A stretch of 63,996 bases of DNA, counting the filler, from Dimargaris cristalligena (Eukaryota): the NCBI GenBank assembly GCA_003614675.1. It is 10 parts of 10 records of this genome, joined end to end, with 100 filler letters (N's around TTAATTAATTAA, not from the genome) between each part and the next. Parts side by side here need not be neighbours in the genome. Positions count along the whole stretch, not along the records: positions 19,768 to 26,236 come from ML003514.1; positions 26,337 to 32,796 come from ML003515.1; positions 32,897 to 39,355 come from ML003516.1; 7 more parts are not named here. The stretch is one strand, 5' to 3'. A model generated the notes under the pieces. It was not told the DNA's origin, did no database searches, and saw nothing but the letters and a program-made list of their open reading frames with translations. The position numbers were made by a program, and so were the translations under genes. Positions 23,800 to 35,512 of the stretch are shown here, one piece after another (the first letter of the stretch is position 1; every line of letters begins with the position of its first letter).

Positions 23800-23948
23800 T
23801 CATCCGTATCGAACCCCGAATATACACTATTTGGGTACCAGCCCATATCCGCCCGCATTCCGGCTAGACTGATAGCAGAGTAATATGTCTACTGCGTTGC
23901 CATTGAATTAAATCATTACACGATAACGGATTACCCTAGAATTATCCT
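23800..23948. repeat. Dispersed repeat family E, segment 1
   Basis: AACCCCGAATATACACTATT.GG.A.CAGCCCATAT and GATAAC.GAT.ACCCT..AATTATCC recur at 41693-41820. Confidence 0.7.
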
Positions 23949-24063
23949 CATCAATCCTACAGCCACTTTTGCTGATATCTCAATCTAAGAGTAATTATTA
24001 CTCTTCATATCATAGAACTGTTACTTCTAACCCGATGGCTGGGCGCAGTTCTATTGGGACTAA

Positions 24064-24759
24064 TGTGGCTCCACCCTTGGCCGAAGATAGTATGTTATGG
24101 GACCACGGCAAGCAGGGGACTGGCTATCCAGAAACCCCAATACTGGGCGAAGAATAACCCCAGCTCACCATTACACTAACCCCGAACTCCAAGGTGCTTA
24201 TCATCATTACCAAACGCATACTGGACATGATGCCACTGTTGATGCTGTGCCACCGGGGGTGTCCAGTACCGGGCCGGGTGGCCTATATAGCCGGGCAGCT
24301 GGCTAGGCCACTCTAGATACAGATATCACCCTGACCCCCGGCACATCCTGAGGACACTCTAGGGGGTATCAATGGGAATAGTCGAGTCACATCAACACCA
24401 CTTATATCGCCGGTGTGTGCTGGCTGCACTTACCAGTACATTAATTTTAGGGTTCCCAACGTGGCGTAGCAATCCTCAGGACCAGTGACCCAGCCAGCCC
24501 GGCGGATCAATACATCTCTTTTCGGCCGAGAATCAAGAGGGATTCCAGTATATATATAAAAACAGCCGAGTAGCTCTTAAGTAATCCTCTAGATGCCTAC
24601 ACCCCTACTCCATTAATTGCTATTAGGCGCTCTCCAGTTAATTCATCCTCTTTAGTTATTAATAAACCACTTATTTCATCATCTATTACATTCTTATACT
24701 CGTAAATACTCGAAACCAACACCACCCCGCTTCACCAGGTCTATCCCAAGGTTGCTACA
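24064..24759 (+). mobile_element. Candidate solo LTR (~696 bp) lying between two family E segments
   Basis: TGTGGC...GCTACA termini, TATATATATAAA at ~24550, AATAAA at 24661. Flanks ACTAA/CTTAA are only a partial TSD. Confidence 0.55.
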
Positions 24760-25109
24760 CTTAATGGGAGTAAATCTGCAACTACTAGGTATTAGTAGCC
24801 GTACACAATAGAATCAGAACCGACTATAAAAGGGGTATTTTAGTTGTCTCATTGAAGTTTCCTTAGTTTACTAGCAATTTCTATTGCCACTCTATCACTT
24901 TGCTTATATCTCCTTTGCTACATCACCTTAATAAAGCGCGCCTCTTTCTCACTTATTCAACTGTATAAATAGCTACGAAACTGCCTATCTATTAATGCAG
25001 TGACCGAATATAACCCACGTTCTTTGAAACTATCTTGCTTAGTATCAGGTCATATAATTATTTAGTATCCTATAAGTATTCCCCCTTATTCCTGACCTCT
25101 CCAGTTGTA

Positions 25110-25200
25110 GGGACACCAATACCCTCCATACTCCTGTTCTCCCGAGCCCCTACCTTGGACCCACGTACCCTCTCTGTCTGAAATGCCATATGTGTACCAG
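25110..25200. repeat. Dispersed repeat family E, segment 2
   Basis: CCCTCC(A/G)TAC.CCTGTTCTCCC...CGTACCCTC...GCCATAT recurs at 41878-41956 and, more diverged, at 43006-43085. Confidence 0.7.
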
Positions 25201-25670
25201 TACTTTACAACACCAACCTATACCCCTTGCTTGTGCCTGATACTCCCTTGATCACCGTGAGTCCATCTACATAAACACCAACCGAACATGCCTTTATTTT
25301 CTAGACATCAGAATACTTGGCTGGCTCTCTTGATATTAACTGGAATTACCTTTCCAGCCTATCTATAGCATCTTCACCTATTCGTCACAATGATAATCAT
25401 TGTTGTGTTATTTACCATGTCTGCCATATAGCACCCCTCCATATTGACAACTCCAGCCCTCCATTACCCCCCTGAACAGGCTAGAATATTCAAGTTTTAT
25501 CCAATAAAGCAACCAAGAGGCTGCAAAATTCAGTATTATTGGACTATATTTTGTTGAATTATAAAAACCATATTATCCATCTATTTTTTATCTATGATCA
25601 TAATAAATCCTATTTTTAAAGCAACAAGCACTTTTTTATTATATAGGATCATTTCATTATCAAATGTAAG

Positions 25671-26236
25671 TGTGCTGCCATGGGCAGTTGGGCAGAGGCC
25701 ATGTAAGCCCCAGTATACATTACCAATCCAAGAAGTAGTCATACTTTGGATGAATTCAAGTTCCCCAGATAATTGACAAGTTATTTCCATGGGAATAGTC
25801 CAGGGCCGAGAGTATTATTTTATTTCCTTATGCTAGCTGATTCTCTTTTTGTTCATCTTTCCAAATCATGTTTCCATTTGCTTTTCTGTCTATTATTGAC
25901 GAAGTTATAGGTCATTGAAATCAATGGTAATTTTAAAACTATGGTGATTGACCACCTCATATTACTACTTTTATGCTATTGACAATCCTTTATGAGCAGG
26001 GCTTGGGAATAACCAGCCTCCAGTGGATTCCTTCTTGGAATCACGCCATACAACTTCTTAGCATGAATTCCTTTTCTTAGTTTTATCAATATCTGACATG
26101 AAGGAGGACTGGGAAGGCTGTGTCTTCCAAACTTCCAATTTCTATAGTTTGGTTCTTTTTTAACCCACTCATGACCATAGTTTAGCCAGTAGGTCAATTT
26201 TTCCCCTATTTTTAGGTTTTTTATGACCTACAATTA
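25671..26236. repeat. Repeat family B copy (inverted relative to 234-797)
   Basis: Continuous alignment over ~565 bp. Confidence 0.9.
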
Positions 26237-26336
26237 NNNNNNNNNNNNNNNNNNNNNNNNNNNNNNNNNNNNNNNNNNNNTTAATTAATTAANNNNNNNN
26301 NNNNNNNNNNNNNNNNNNNNNNNNNNNNNNNNNNNN

Positions 26337-26521
26337 CATGGGAATTGGAAGGCACTAAGATCACCTACGAGTGATTAGTGCGAACTCCGGGGGGCCTGGC
26401 CGGTTAAGGGCTATCAATGATGTTCGGCCTGGTTAGGGCCGGGGGGTATACTATGGCGCTATACGGCCTGATATGACGGCGGTCATATCGGTTGGATTAG
26501 GATGGATTAGGAAGGGCGACA
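26337..26521 (-). mobile_element. LTR family A end, CpG-rich (little-decayed) variant, cut by the gap
   Basis: Ends GATTAGGAAGGGCGACA. Near-identical to the reverse complement of 32737-32796 and homologous to the ends of the decayed copies. Confidence 0.8.
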
Positions 26522-27489
26522 GGGATGTTTCACTATATAGACAGATTGAATCTATCCTGTAAGAATGCTAATTCAAATTGCAATTATTTCTCTACTGGAC
26601 AGCCACGCTACAGCTAGTGGAGCTATACTGCTGTTGGCATCCGGCCTCGAATTATTAGGCTTCGGGAGAGGGGGTTACCGCCCTATTGGTCAATAATGGG
26701 ACGTTTGCCACGTTGGAGGAAGTGGTTTCAGGGGTAGACTGAAGCATGATGTCAAACTGTCAGCGAAAGACAAGCAGAATATCACCAGCTCGGATGAAAT
26801 ATCTGAAAAAGAAATTTTATTATGAATAAAGTGGTATGAAATTGCCGATATTTTGTGATGTATGAGATCGGGATATTGAAAATGTGGATATCAATGGTGG
26901 AATCTTAGGGGTAGGTGATAACATATTTAAAGGGGGAAAATTCTACCGGCTACTTAAACAAATTGTGGCATGTGGATTCAGGCTATTGCCCTAGAGTGTG
27001 AGGTCAAGAGACCCAGAGGAGGTTGGGAATTGTAAGTGAGCAACATTGGACTTTTTAAATTCCAAGTCGGAGATGCATACTCATGGTAATTGCATTTATA
27101 ATAGGGCCACTAATGCAAGGCTGGCAGATAGACTTTGGTTAGTTGTGGTGATCTGTTCAGCAGGGAATATCCCTCAACCATTTTGCCCAAATAGTGGGAT
27201 ATGGCGTAATACAGTTCAGAGTGGAGTGACCACTAGGTGCGACAATTTCTTCCTGATTATTTCTAAAGATTACATGTCGACCACAGTTGGAGATGTGAAG
27301 TATAAAGTTGGGCGGCACAAGGATTCCAATTTCTAGCTATTTATTTTTGCGCAGCTTAAACGCATTTACCAACTGGCAGAAAATATACAAACAAAAAAAT
27401 ACATGATTATAGAGGCCGTTGTTAGGGCTAATTGTAAAAGAGCACTAGTAGCACAGAAAATAGAGCTATGGTTGCACAGATAAAATTCA

Positions 27490-27840
27490 TCTAGGAGTTA
27501 ATATAAAGGCATGAGGCTGTACCCCATTTGCATTGATGCAAAGAGACACCGCTCCATTACAACATTTAGTTGTGCTTCCAGATTATAAATGGCAGGACTC
27601 AGTAATTCAAGTGGCTGAATTCTTGCCAAATACGAACCACCGGTGTACTATATAAAGAGATGGTAGCCTCACCTGATTGGAAAAATGCAAAATTAATTGA
27701 AAGTACTACAATATACAAATATTACTTACCTTTTGAAAAGCCTACTTAATGGGCTTGATGATAGGGGCAATCGGGTTGGCCGTAGGATAGTCCCTACTAG
27801 GCCGATTGACGTTGCCCTTTAAAGTGAAATTGATTTGCAT
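27490..27840 (-). pseudogene. Possible spliced pseudogene of unknown function
   Basis: TATATAAA ~65 bp upstream, ATG at 27840, GTAAGT...CAG intron 27729-27673. The frame carries TAG/TGA/TAA stops compatible with C-to-T changes. Confidence 0.35.
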
Positions 27841-28619
27841 TTTTGTAAGAAAGATGATAAATGATATGTAGTTTAAAAGCCATAGGTGAGGATATGAGGG
27901 GGGTTTATATAGTTAAGAAACCCTGCTTACAGGGGGCAGGGGGTTAAGCCCACCAAGCGGGGTATAGGGAGACAAAGTCAAGTCACATAATGAATTCTCC
28001 CAAAAATCATTCACTATGTATTGTGGCCCATAATCTTACTTCAGATATTGTAGCCCCTTTACTAACCTTGGGAAGTAAGCATCAGTGCGGTTAAATTGGG
28101 TATGATTCGAGAACTAAATAATAATAGCACAATCTATTCATGTCTAGGTCCAGTATCATGTTCGCCCATTAAACAAAGCCCAATTATGAAGACCACAGAC
28201 CTAGTTCTTTTTCGGGTTTTGATTGCCGGTACCTGTTTGTTCCCAGGGAATGGTGGGCCTTTCACCAATGATGGCCCCCTTCACCCGTTTGTAGATACAC
28301 CAATTTCACCAACAATGGCCTCACCTAGCCCCACACCAGTCGAGACCAACACCGCCTTATTCACAATGCTTTAAACTAGTGTAGTACAAAGCACACCATA
28401 TTCTCCTACCTCACCTATTCCTGAAATAGCCCTATGTTCCCTTGTAGCTCCCTTTCCCTTCTATTTACATTTCCTATATACATGTGACCTTCTCAGCTGC
28501 ATTTCCCACCTCCACCTTCCGCTTTGACCTAATTAAATGACCAAGGAAATTGGCAATTAAGTTGCTATTGTTGGAAATACTAAAGGAATATGGATGAAAT
28601 TCAAACCAGCTGTACAAGG

Positions 28620-28731
28620 TTTTACATAGTACGTGTATGGGCGAACATATGTGAGAATAGCTTTTAACCAGTAATATTGGCCTCATCCAATGGATTTTTC
28701 GTTATACAGCCTGAATGAACTTCTCCCATAT
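28620..28731. repeat. Repeat family D
   Basis: Reverse complement GCTGTATAACGAAAAATCCATTGGATGAGGCCAATATTACTGGTTAAAAG matches 41113-41200 and 39326-39355. Confidence 0.85.
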
Positions 28732-29354
28732 CAAGAAAATTTCGCAAAAGAGAAAATAATGGCTAGATAGCGGTATTTACGTCTAGGAGGTTAGTTTTAT
28801 AAAAAGTGTTATCAGCAGGATGGATTTTTAGTAGTTAAAATGATGGGGCATAGAATATCTATAAAAAAAACTAACATAGTTTGTCTGAAACGAGATAATA
28901 TAAGACTCGAGACATTTTTCAACAAAAAGGCTACTCCTTTATTCGCAGATATATCCAGCCATTTGGGAATAGCAGCATTATCAATTATTTACGAATCCAA
29001 TTGGGTTCAACATATATCTATCCACCATCCTCCCAAAACGACTATTTACAATTTTTTCATTTGTGCTGAGCCCCAAGATCTCAGACTATTTCTCCAAAAT
29101 ATCTAAAAGTTGTCAGTGTTACCTTGAAGCCATGGTATAATTCTGTGCCAATTCCAAATTCTGGTGTATTCTGAATGATTGTGACCATCAATTGCACTAG
29201 ATGAATCAGCCCATTGCGACTTTAGTATTGTTTTGTTGGAGAAGCAAATATGAATGGGCAGAGTTTATTAGTCAGATAATTAAGTGGGTTTTTAAAATAA
29301 AGAATATCAGAGTATTGGGAATGCTAGTGTCACCCGGGTTTACCACTCTTCATC

Positions 29355-29910
29355 TATCAAGAGTTCTGAGGATAGGCTTCTAATGGTAGGCAGGGCTTAG
29401 GCTCAGCCAAGTAGGCTACTAGCATTAGGATGGGGGAGTAGTACTAACCAATAAAGGACAAATGCAGGTAAATGTCAGGGACGTGCAGTGGGCACACTTA
29501 CTAGTTAGTGAGGGGAGTAAGACTATATAGAGTTTATTGAGGTAAACTGGGGGGTATGAATAAGCTAAAGAGTTGAACCAGTCCCAGTGGGGCCTGGTTA
29601 TATATACACAGGGATGGCTCCAGAGGGAGGTCCCAAGGGAAATACTACTAAGACTAAGGTATGGATAGGTAAATACTCTGACCAAATAGCTTCACATCAG
29701 GAAGACTCTCATGAGAACTGGAAGAGTCTTAGATCAGCAAGTTGAGTATTTGGGGTACAAAGCATTGGGGTTGGAATGAGTGGGGTTATATAATAAATGA
29801 TGACCCCATAGTACCAGGGGTAATTATGGGAGGGTTAATATGGCACTATAAGGCCTAATACAGATGGATGATCATTAGGTCCAGATTAAGTTGGATTAGG
29901 AGGGCCAATA
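29355..29910 (-). mobile_element. Degenerate solo LTR, family A
   Basis: Full-length alignment with 31511-32071. Termini TATCA...CAATA are TG/CA ends mutated to TA. Confidence 0.8.
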
Positions 29911-31510
29911 GCTACCAAAAAAACACTAGTTAACTAGTAGGATATATTGGAGAAAGGCTGGGGAAGTAGTGTTGGACTGTATCTCCCCCTGAGTACCATT
30001 TACTGTATTAGGTATTTCAAGTGATCCTATTAGTTGAAACTACACTCAATAAATACCACTGTGATGAGCTTAATTCTCATCTTGTGGTTCTTTCCTACTT
30101 CTATCTATCTTAAAATAAACCTCATCTTTAGTCTATCTTGGATTATCATTGAGAGAATCTGTGGTTACACCAACAAGTAGACCAACATTTATATATTTAC
30201 CATTAATGGCAATTTTATCCACCAATGTTCAGCCAATAGAGCTGTTATTTAATCATAGGCTCAACTATTTCCCTAGGTGTCAGAGGGGCTTACAGTGTCA
30301 ATACCTGGCAATTTATGTCAGATATAGCTGTAGAGACCTCCATTAAGTCATAAAAAATAGTACATGGAGCAGGGGGGCTGTAGTTAAAGGGGTATTGAGC
30401 AAAAATATAACAGTGGGTTGCCATAACTACCTCAGAGACTTGGTTGGGGAGGTGGCAGGCTATTTTTTAAAAAGTTGGTGGCCCCCAAGCCAGGCAATTG
30501 GGATGACCAATGTGATTCGGGAACAATCAATTGGGAATTTCATGTGTAACAGGGCCCATTATATTGCCTTGGCCCCTTCATCCTTCCCCCCTTGCAATGG
30601 ACCCATTCTCTCTCTCCCAGTGTTTTCCTTGCAATGGGCCAATTGAACACTACCATAGCCAGTGTAACATCCAGCTGAACAAGAGGAGTCCCTCCTGCTG
30701 GGTGTTATCAAAACCAACTGCTCCCATTCCTGCCATCTCCTAGCCAAGGTGGCTCCTTTCCCTAGGCATTCCTATACCAATAAAAATATGGGCAAACTCC
30801 AACTCAACTATATAAGATAGTAAATTATGTATATATAGAGGATATAGGCAGGTTATCTATTACTAGTTAAAGCTGCCTGCACCATTAAATGGGGTTTCCA
30901 TTGTACGGCTTGATTGACACTGCTCCATATACTCACATGTGCCCATTCAATGGCAATTATAGTAAAGAACCCCATGTATAATGCCAATAAAAAAATATGA
31001 AATAAAGCAAATATCAATTGCCAGTCACCTTTATTTTACATTAGTGCTTGACCCCCTGTCATTATGGAGTGGTACAATGGTTCCCTCATGGACTGTTGGC
31101 CAGCTCCACCCCTACTTATAGGCAATGTTGCAACAACTACACCATGTAGTTTTCCCAAATCAATTGACATTTACTGTTTTAATTTTATTTGCAAGTGGTC
31201 CTATTGCAACCATCTGATGGAATCAGTCCCCCCAAATGAGAGTGGTCACATGACTCCCCCAGCAAGAGTGCACCATCAAGTGGAGAGCTAACAGTTACAA
31301 GACTTACCATCAATACTGATGTACCCAAAGTATAAAATAATGATTAACTTGAAATATTGTGAGTTCTTTATGTTCTAATAAAATAAAAGCCCCATACCCT
31401 ACTCGTTAAACCTAAATACTAGTCCCCCTCAACCTAAATGTAACACTATGTTTACCCTCCAATTCACCAGGATGCTTGCCAGCTGTCACCTGGGCTAATA
31501 TCTCTTAGTC

Positions 31511-32071
31511 TGTCAAGAGTCCCAAGGATAGGCTTCTAACAGTAGGCAGGGCTTAGACTTAGCTAAGCAGGCTACTAGTGTTAGAATAGGGGGAACAGTA
31601 CTAACCAATAAAGGCCTAGGCAATGAGGTTATGCAAGGGATATGCAGTAGGTACACTTACGGGTCATTACAAAGGGGTGAGTATATATAGAGTTTATTGT
31701 GGTAAACTAGGGGGCATGACTAAGCTAAATAATTGAACTAGTCCATGATGGGGCCCAGTTATATATATGCAGGGATAGCTCTAGAGGGAGGTCCCAAGGA
31801 AAGGGTACTACTAAGACTATGGTATAGGTGAATAGGTTAACTGGATGGCTGTTAGTATCCAGAAGACTCTGATGGTAACTGGAAGAGACTTTAGATCAGT
31901 AGGTTGAGTATTTTGTGTGAAGCATTGGGGCCAGAAGGAGAAGGGTTATATAATAAATGATGATCCCATAGTACTGGGGGTAACTATGGGAGGGTTAATA
32001 TGGTGCTATAAGGCCTAATAAGGGCAGACAATCATCAAGTCCAGATTTAGGTCAGATTAGGAGGGCCAACA
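31511..32071 (-). mobile_element. Solo LTR, family A (561 bp)
   Basis: TGTCA...CAACA termini, TATA and AATAAA, multiple copies in the window. No intact TSD. Confidence 0.85.
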
Positions 32072-32321
32072 TCACCCTCTCCTACTGGAGCCTCATCCTT
32101 GAGGCCTTCAATGAACAGAATGATCTAGTTGGCAGAGACTTGTTCTTATTGGTGGTGCCTATCATGTACTGCAGGTGTGATGGTATAGGTATTACTGCCA
32201 TGGATACCTTCTATGGAGACAGGTCTTTCAAATGGGGCCTGCAAGGACAGGGGTCTGTGGGGGACTTAGACTAAGACATGATCACCAATACAGCATTATG
32301 TAGGGTCAGTAGGCTCGGGAC

Positions 32322-32429
32322 CCAGTGTCACAGTGTGGTAATATCAAGCCACTAAAATGAACAATAAAAGCATATCAAAAGGGCAGGGTGGCTTCTCCAG
32401 GTGAAGTGGTTTGTTACTCAATTAAAAAT
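32322..32429. repeat. Repeat family C
   Basis: Matches the reverse complement of 39456-39561. Confidence 0.8.
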
Positions 32430-32736
32430 TTAATATAAAATACTTTTAAAAATAAAATAAAAAACCAGTTTAAACTAAGTAGTAATAATACCAGCTTGGA
32501 AACTTAAAAGGACCATTTCCTTGGCAACCATAACTTTCAAAGGTATATAAATACAAGTAATCTAAAGTAATAGTAAAGGTAGTTTTGTTGTAAAGAAAAA
32601 GATAGAAGAAAAATTGATATACAGAAAAAAAGAGGGGAAAAAGTTTTCCTTATATGCAGAAATATGCAAAAATAATGCATGCACTAATCACTCATATACA
32701 TGTGCCAATCACCTACATGCATAACCTGATCGAGTG

Positions 32737-32796
32737 TGTCGCCCCTCCTAATCCGTCCTAATCCAACCGATATGACCGCCGTCATATCAGGCCGTA
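32737..32796 (+). mobile_element. LTR family A terminus (CpG-rich variant) running into the gap
   Basis: Starts TGTCGCCC; reverse complement of 26462-26521. Confidence 0.8.
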
Positions 32797-33221
32797 NNNN
32801 NNNNNNNNNNNNNNNNNNNNNNNNNNNNNNNNNNNNNNNNTTAATTAATTAANNNNNNNNNNNNNNNNNNNNNNNNNNNNNNNNNNNNNNNNNNNNCCGA
32901 TATGGGACATATATAGTGAATCAATAGTCAATCAATAAACGTTGGTCTTTTTCTTTCCTTACACTTGTTTTAATGCTAACATATATATATAAACATGAGC
33001 TAGATGTAATATACACCCAATGCTTTAGAAGCGTACTAACGGATGGAGGGGATATATTGCAGGGTGGGGTATAGGCAGTTTCAGTAGAAAGGGTAAGAAG
33101 GGGGGAAGCTGAAGCGGAAAGCCTGGGAGTATAAATCGGCATGTTAGCGAGGGTTAGAGTTCTGCCCAACGGATCCCCCCTCCCCCACCCACCTGGATTG
33201 GACCTCTTTTGCATTCGAAAC

Positions 33222-34963
33222 ATGGCAACGCCCGCTTGCCCCTCGTCAGGGCCGCTTCGAACCTTTCATTTCCACACGGCCACGGAATGCCTGCCCATCC
33301 GCATTCGGGAGGCAAGTCACGCTATTGTTGGTATTGGTACTAATATGTTTGGTGGAATGAAGTCAGCTTATGCTTAACCAGATGCACTGCGCTGTTCTGA
33401 CCCTTCCTTTTCCAAAGGGAGATATTATATGCAGTCCAGTTACCTAGGGCATAAGCGAACTTTGGCCTGGTGCGGGCGTTTGCTTCGTGCGTGTAAGAAA
33501 GGGGACCAGAGCTTGGCTGGTATGAGTGACTGTAGAATGCCTTTTAATAACTCCGACCCTTTGGTTCGTTACGTAATGCCCTTTCGTCACCTCTAGTTAC
33601 TCGACCCGGAATACGGCTGTTTCATTTGGCCCTCCGCTAAACTGCTCGCCCTGTATCTTTTTAGTAATCCGAATCTAGTTCATGGCCAGTCTATAATAGA
33701 AGTGAGTAGTGATGATACGAAGCTGTTTGCGCCATGGATGTTGGCCTTTTCCGGATCTTTCTTGTATATATTGCATCCATTTGGCTCTAGGTAATTTGCA
33801 CCCGTCCTTCGCTCTTCATCCTTTAGCACACTGCCTATACACCGTCAATTCCCACTCATATATATATATATATACGCCAATGTTCTATGCAATAAGCTGG
33901 GAGCGGGAACCGCGCTGCCAGGGATTCTCGCCCTAGGGCTTAATGCTCGCACGGTAGTTTTTTCTGACCGACCTCAGCCGGCCCAGATTCTCGTCAACTG
34001 TCAGCACAACGTTTCCTTGAATCAGCCTTTATTAAGCGAAGCCGTGGACCCCCCTTACGCACTAGTGGGCCTAGACTGGGGGAAGTATGATCCGGCTCTG
34101 GCCCGGTTGGCCTCCCGGCCGGTAGATTTAATCATTGGGGCAGACTGCTTTTACAATTCCCAAGGTAGGTAGGGTTAGATCGCTTTTGCTAACCCATTTC
34201 TCCCCTAATCGGGTTAGTGTGGAGGGTGGGTAATGCGATTTAAACCCCCCCTCTTTGGTTTCATAGCGGGTCGTGCGATTGGAATACCTGCCCTCTTGTG
34301 AGCCGGATTCAAATAACCCATCTTTCTAACGATTTACTCTATTCGGAGCGTCCGCTTGTTGACTAATCACTAGATTTCGAGGATCTTCTGAGTGTCGTGG
34401 CCTTCCTGCTCGATGCCCATCCCCGCGCCTACTTTCTCACCATGTATCAGGAAAGAAGGTGAGTTATGCGCAGCACGGGGCAGCTACTATTGTTTAATCG
34501 AGACTGCCGGATATTTTCTATCGGCTGGGGTAGATGCCCCGCATTATATGGTTAGTCTAGGGGAAACTAGGCAATACGTGCGATGGCCTTTTATGGGGGG
34601 ATATTCGAGGGTAGCCCCTCCACCCTCGGCATTCTTTACGCATCTGCTTTTTTTTAAAAAAAATTATCATTTTATTTACTAATCCGAATAGACGGGCTTC
34701 TCATTAACGCCCCACTTTGGATTTAACTGTGCCATATCGACTCTAGTGCATCCCGGAATATTCACAATCTCCTACTCCGGTGGCAGCTCAAAGGAGTTCT
34801 GGTACCCTTTGGCGCAGAGGTGCCCTCTTCAGAGGGTTCATCAGAGAATACAAGGGTGGCCCGGTGCCCGGGACTGAGCGAGACCGATGAAATTGTCCGC
34901 TGGAACGCTACCTATGACTCGGCCGGTGCCGGTTTTGAGATTTTACGCATTGAGCGCCTATAA
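33222..34963 (+). CDS. METTL23: METTL23-like (methyltransferase family 16) protein; exons 33222-33311, 33597-33701, 33897-34164, 34374-34458, 34747-34963
   Basis: Manual splicing gives LDPEYGCFIWPSAKLLA, IIELGAGTALPGI, VFSD, LDWG, DLIIGADCFY, YQERS. All intron phases are consistent. Missed by the ORF track. Confidence 0.9.
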
Positions 34964-35512
34964 ACCTATAGTAGTCCTAGCCAAAAGGGGTTTCTTTGCT
35001 TAATTGGCCTAGTAAGATCTTATTAGCTCTATCTAATTGGATGGAGGCGAAAGATATCGTAGAGAACAATACCCAATTTCAACCACACCTTCCTTGGCAG
35101 TTTGGCGAGACTGGTAGTATAGCTCGAAAAGGTAGGGTTGATGGCTTCGCAGCGTGTGTGTTATATAGGAGGATGGGAGCGGACTCTTAGTTTCCTTGCG
35201 AGCCTAATTGGGGATCTAGACGGTTCGGATCATCAATTCTTTAGATACGTGGCTTAATCAGCCCAGAGTCCTGCTTGGTCTGTCGTGAGGTACTCTACTG
35301 GGGAGGGTGAGTATACACGCCAGCAAACCTGGCTTGACTGACTCAGTTACCGAACCACCCTTGCATTTCTTCCGAACCGGTTAACGCTCTCATTCCCCCT
35401 TTCCTTTACTTCCCTCCCCCTCCCTTCGCTCCTATCCTCTCCAGCCTCTTGTACGTCGGCCCATTGCTCCATAGTGAATACTTTGGTCCCGGCCTATATA
35501 TATTTCCCTCGC

